Shown here one piece after another: positions 60,248-64,000 of a stretch of 64,000 nucleotides of DNA. Position 1 is the stretch's first letter. Each line of letters begins with the position of its first letter. The translations under genes and the position numbers were made by a program. The stretch lies in contig JAAOMT010000352.1 in the NCBI GenBank assembly GCA_016748015.1, positions 62,001 through 126,000 on the forward strand, read 5' to 3'. Source of the DNA: Geosiphon pyriformis uo1. Its lineage: Eukaryota > Fungi > Glomeromycota. Under the pieces are notes generated by a model. The model was given only the letters and a program-made list of their open reading frames with translations, was not told where the DNA came from and searched no databases.

Positions 60248-63200
60248 ACACTTAAAAATAGATTGTAAAACCAAGTTATATAACCAATAATCAGAAAATT
60301 AATATCAAAACCTCAATTGTTAGTTTTAAACTCTAAATTACACTCTGAATTAAGAATAATATTAGTATCAGTCTTCTTATACTTTAATAATACAACAATC
60401 AATATACTTATCTCTAGTTTATCAAATTCCAGTACCAATAATATATTAACTACAGTCATAAATAATTTATAAACCCTAATAAATTTAAGTGCCACTCCAA
60501 AATACTATGCTAATATTAAATAGAAACCAAAAACCAAAAATCACCCACATATAACAGAACTAAAAATTAGCAATAATCATATACCAACCAATTTCCAGCT
60601 CATTAAACTAATCATCAGAATTATGTCCAAGAAATTTGGAAAGTGGGTATACCCAAAACCCGAATTTCCAGAACTATTTAAATCTTCTAGCCACTCCAGC
60701 AAACAACTCATTCAATAACTTAAAAATTCAAAAAATATTCACCAACAATATTTTACTTGTTATTATTATAGAAGACAAATTACTCATTACAATATTTTTT
60801 TTTGAATTAAAGGAACCAGTAACAACACCTCTGTTTAATAGAACTGTTTTTAACACAAAATTTATTATAGTTATATATACAAATGTCAAAGTTAATGGCC
60901 AATCTATTAAGTTAATTCTTAATAATAGTTCAGCAGACAGTATTATTATATAACAATTCATGAACCAATTAGAATGCCAAGTTGATTATGCTGTCAGTGC
61001 TAAAATTATTACTGCTAATAAAGTCATTAAGATTTTTATTGGCAAAATTAACAACTTTTCTTTTAAAATTAACAGTATTATCATATTTATCAAAGTTTTT
61101 GTTATAAAAGCCACATAGTATTAAGCTTTTGTTAGTAATAATTGGCTGTTTAAGACTAATACTATGCTTAATTAGACCATTCAAAAGTTTTAGCTCAGTC
61201 AAAATTATCAGCATACTTGAATACCAGCTATCTATAGCCACTTTAAAACAAATACTACCACCTAATTACCACTAATTAAGTTTAAAAAAAAAATCTATCT
61301 AAGAAGCTTACCAAGTTTTGTGAACTGAAAATGAGTACAACAAATTACTACCAATACTCTTTTGGGATAACAAGAGAAAAAAAAGAGAAAAATAAATTAC
61401 AAGCCACTATTGCTATTCAAAAATTATCTAATAGTTGACATGTATTCTACTTACTAGACACAAAAAAAAGAATTACTATATATCTCACTCAAATACAAAG
61501 ATTACAAGAAAAAGCTTTTTTCTATAAAAGCTTAAATCTTACCCAAAAAAAATTACTGGACATGTACTCATTATTACTGCAAGCTATATTACTGAAAAAA
61601 TTTTGAATATTCAAAATAACAAGAAAAATGAACAAAAAATTATGTTTTGCTTATGAAAAAACACTACTTGATAAAGAAATATAAAATAACATTTTTGGTT
61701 GAGAAAGAATATTCAATGTATTATGTTAATACACAATTTTTATTAATAACTGGATAAGCTAAAAAATGTCTTTTAACACTGTATGAAACTGAGCACTCTC
61801 ATATTTAAACAGTTATTTACACAATGAAAATAAGATTTGGAGAATGGCAAATACCAAAATTAAAAATATTTCACTTAGTAAAATACTTACAATTAAGAAT
61901 AATCTATCAAAATTTGTTAAAACTGTTCTTATTTCCAATTCAGATGTATTTATTAATATTTTAAACAATCTTGAACAATTCTATGAACATTATTAAGATC
62001 TAGTATTTACTTAAAAAAAACAAAAACAATATTTAAAACAATTAAATATTAGACTTTGTAAATATTGCCTAATTTTTAATAACTTTGAATATTGTACAAT
62101 TGTAATTTTATTTACAATTCACTATCAAGCATAATCTATTTGATTTCCAAAGAGAAAGAACCAATTAGCAGCTGCACTTCAGAATTAAAATCAAAATTCA
62201 ATTGTAATTTAGACTTTAATAATAACAACAATAACAGTTTTAATACTATTTATTATGGCAACAATAATAATAATAATTCAAACTTTAATTACAATTTTAA
62301 ACAATATATTATGCCCTCAGATTTTTTCAAGAAGCAGAAAATCAAATAGTTTAGCAAAAATAATGAAGATATTATGTTAGAACAAATACATAATACTGAT
62401 ACAAAGTTTAATTTTAAATATCTTAAAAAAACTGTCATTAAATTAAAACCTTACTTACATACCAGTATAGATTTAAGAGATTTAAAAAATTTCAATAGAG
62501 TTCAATATTAAAAGAAAAAAATAATATTACTTATAGAAATTAAGAATTATAATAAGTAGATAAAATAGCCAATTAAAAATAGGTGTAGTAAAAAGAAATT
62601 TCAAAATTTCTCTTAAGAAATTGCGAAATTCCAAAATTTCAGAATTTCAGAATTTTTCTTAAGGAATTGTAAAATTCCAAAATTGCAGAATTGCAGAATT
62701 TTTTTTAAAAAATTTAAAAATTTCAAGAAATCTCATATAATACAAATTATATATTTATAGTAAAAGTATTAAAAGCAGAAAAAAAGCATTGAATACAATT
62801 CAATTCAAGTTAAAAATAACAACTTATTCTATATCTCTCTCTTTAAAAGATAGTTTTCTATAACTTAAAATGAAATCACATTAATATCAATAAAAATATC
62901 TAATTATTATCTAAATTTATGTTATTATTATTTAATTAAGAATATTAATCACTTTCTTTACTATTAACAATTTATGTTAATAAATTTTAATACTTAATCA
63001 TACTAAACTAATAGCTCTTAATTATAGCTATTGACAAAATACTAATTTTTTATTTTCAATTTTTTATTTTTATTTATTTTTTTTTGTTTTATTTCTTTGT
63101 TGTTTACTAATTGATAAAAAAAATTAAGTGCTGAGCATTTAACATTAAGAATAGCTTAATAAAAAACCTGGAAACAAGAATAAAAATTTAAAAATAGCTT

Positions 63201-64000
63201 ATTAAAAAAATATAACTGTCAAAATAAACTGGTTATTATACTAAAAAAAAAATTCACAGAAGAAACTATCAATTAAATTTCTGTCTATTATACAAAAAAC
63301 TCAACCAAAATCTTTAAACTCCAAAACTTTTGGAAATTACCAATATTTTCAACTATTGAGCACCAAGTTACAAATTTGTTATTTGTTCTAATATTCCAAA
63401 TAATCACTTATAACAATAAACAAAAAGAGTATTATTTGCTATAACCAAAACAGTTGGAGCAAATAAACTTGGAAAATTTAGATTTACTTTAACATATACA
63501 ACTCAAAATACTACTTAATAATTTTACTGACATCTTTATAAGTAAAAATAAATTCAGTAGAATTGACATTATTCAGCACCAGATCAAAACTAGAAATGCA
63601 ATATCAATTAAACAAAGAACATACAAAGTACCACCTACCAGTCATAAAATTATCTGATAAAAAATCAATCATATGTTAGACAATGGGTTAATTCAACTAT
63701 CAATAAGTCTATGGTTATCACTAGTTGTACTTATCCAAAAAAAGAATAAAAAAATTCATTTTTGTATAGACTACTAAAAATTCAATAGTGTAATATATAG
63801 AGACAGCTACCCAACTCCATAAATTCAGAAATTATTTAATGCTTTTGGAAGAAAAAAATAATTCTTTACATTGAACTTAGACAGTAGTTATTGGCAAGTA
63901 GTTATAAATTTAAATAACAAAGAAAAAACAGTATTTACAACCAGAGAAAAGAATTTTGAATTTGATATTATGTCATTTAGCTTAACCAATGCTCTAATTA
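60248..64000 (+). mobile_element. Element H: decayed B-family internal region (gag end, PR, Cys-rich domain, partial dUTPase, RT start), running off the window
   Basis: ORFs 60636-60953 (protease) and 62092-62349; 63416-64000 is colinear with B ~8630-9215. Confidence 0.85.
62476..63415 (+). repeat. 3' remnant of a nested B-family element: end of ORF3, PPT and 3' LTR (62525-63415)
   Basis: The LTR is most similar to the F LTRs and is preceded by PPT aaaagaaaaaaataa and ~45 nt of ORF3 end. Confidence 0.8.

Overview
An AT-rich eukaryotic window, most likely fungal. My recollection of similar repeat proteins points to Glomeromycota (Geosiphon-like), but this is inference, not a search result. 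About 90% of the window is nested, decayed retroelements. There are at least three Ty3/Gypsy LTR families with TG...CA termini, 4-bp target-site duplications (TSDs) and a shared primer-binding site (PBS), plus four solo LTRs, several L1-like LINE fragments and a DNA-transposase remnant. Two nested stacks resolve largely to the base by their TSDs. Stack 1 is LINE<E<A<solo LTR<B<(solo LTR, C), about 1-28.7 kb. Stack 2 is LINE<solo LTR<D<F<LTR fragment, about 28.8-49.8 kb. The only intact gene is a 3-exon, ~774-aa P-loop NTPase + restriction-endonuclease-fold (Crinkler/CR-type) gene in a GC/CpG-rich island at ~50.2-53.7 kb. Main leads: (1) repeat-restricted C>T/G>A hypermutation on both strands, favouring 5'-pyrimidine (TpC/CpC) and CpG contexts, unlike classical CpA RIP; (2) Gypsy elements whose integrase is a separate ORF after a stop at the end of RNase H, followed by a ~200-aa non-Env ORF3; (3) a U5 'anti-PBS' hairpin in two dissimilar LTR families; (4) dUTPase and unknown Cys-rich domains inside Pol; (5) a U UUA AAC -1 frameshift next to an internal copy of the PPT region. 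All alignments and counts were done by eye.
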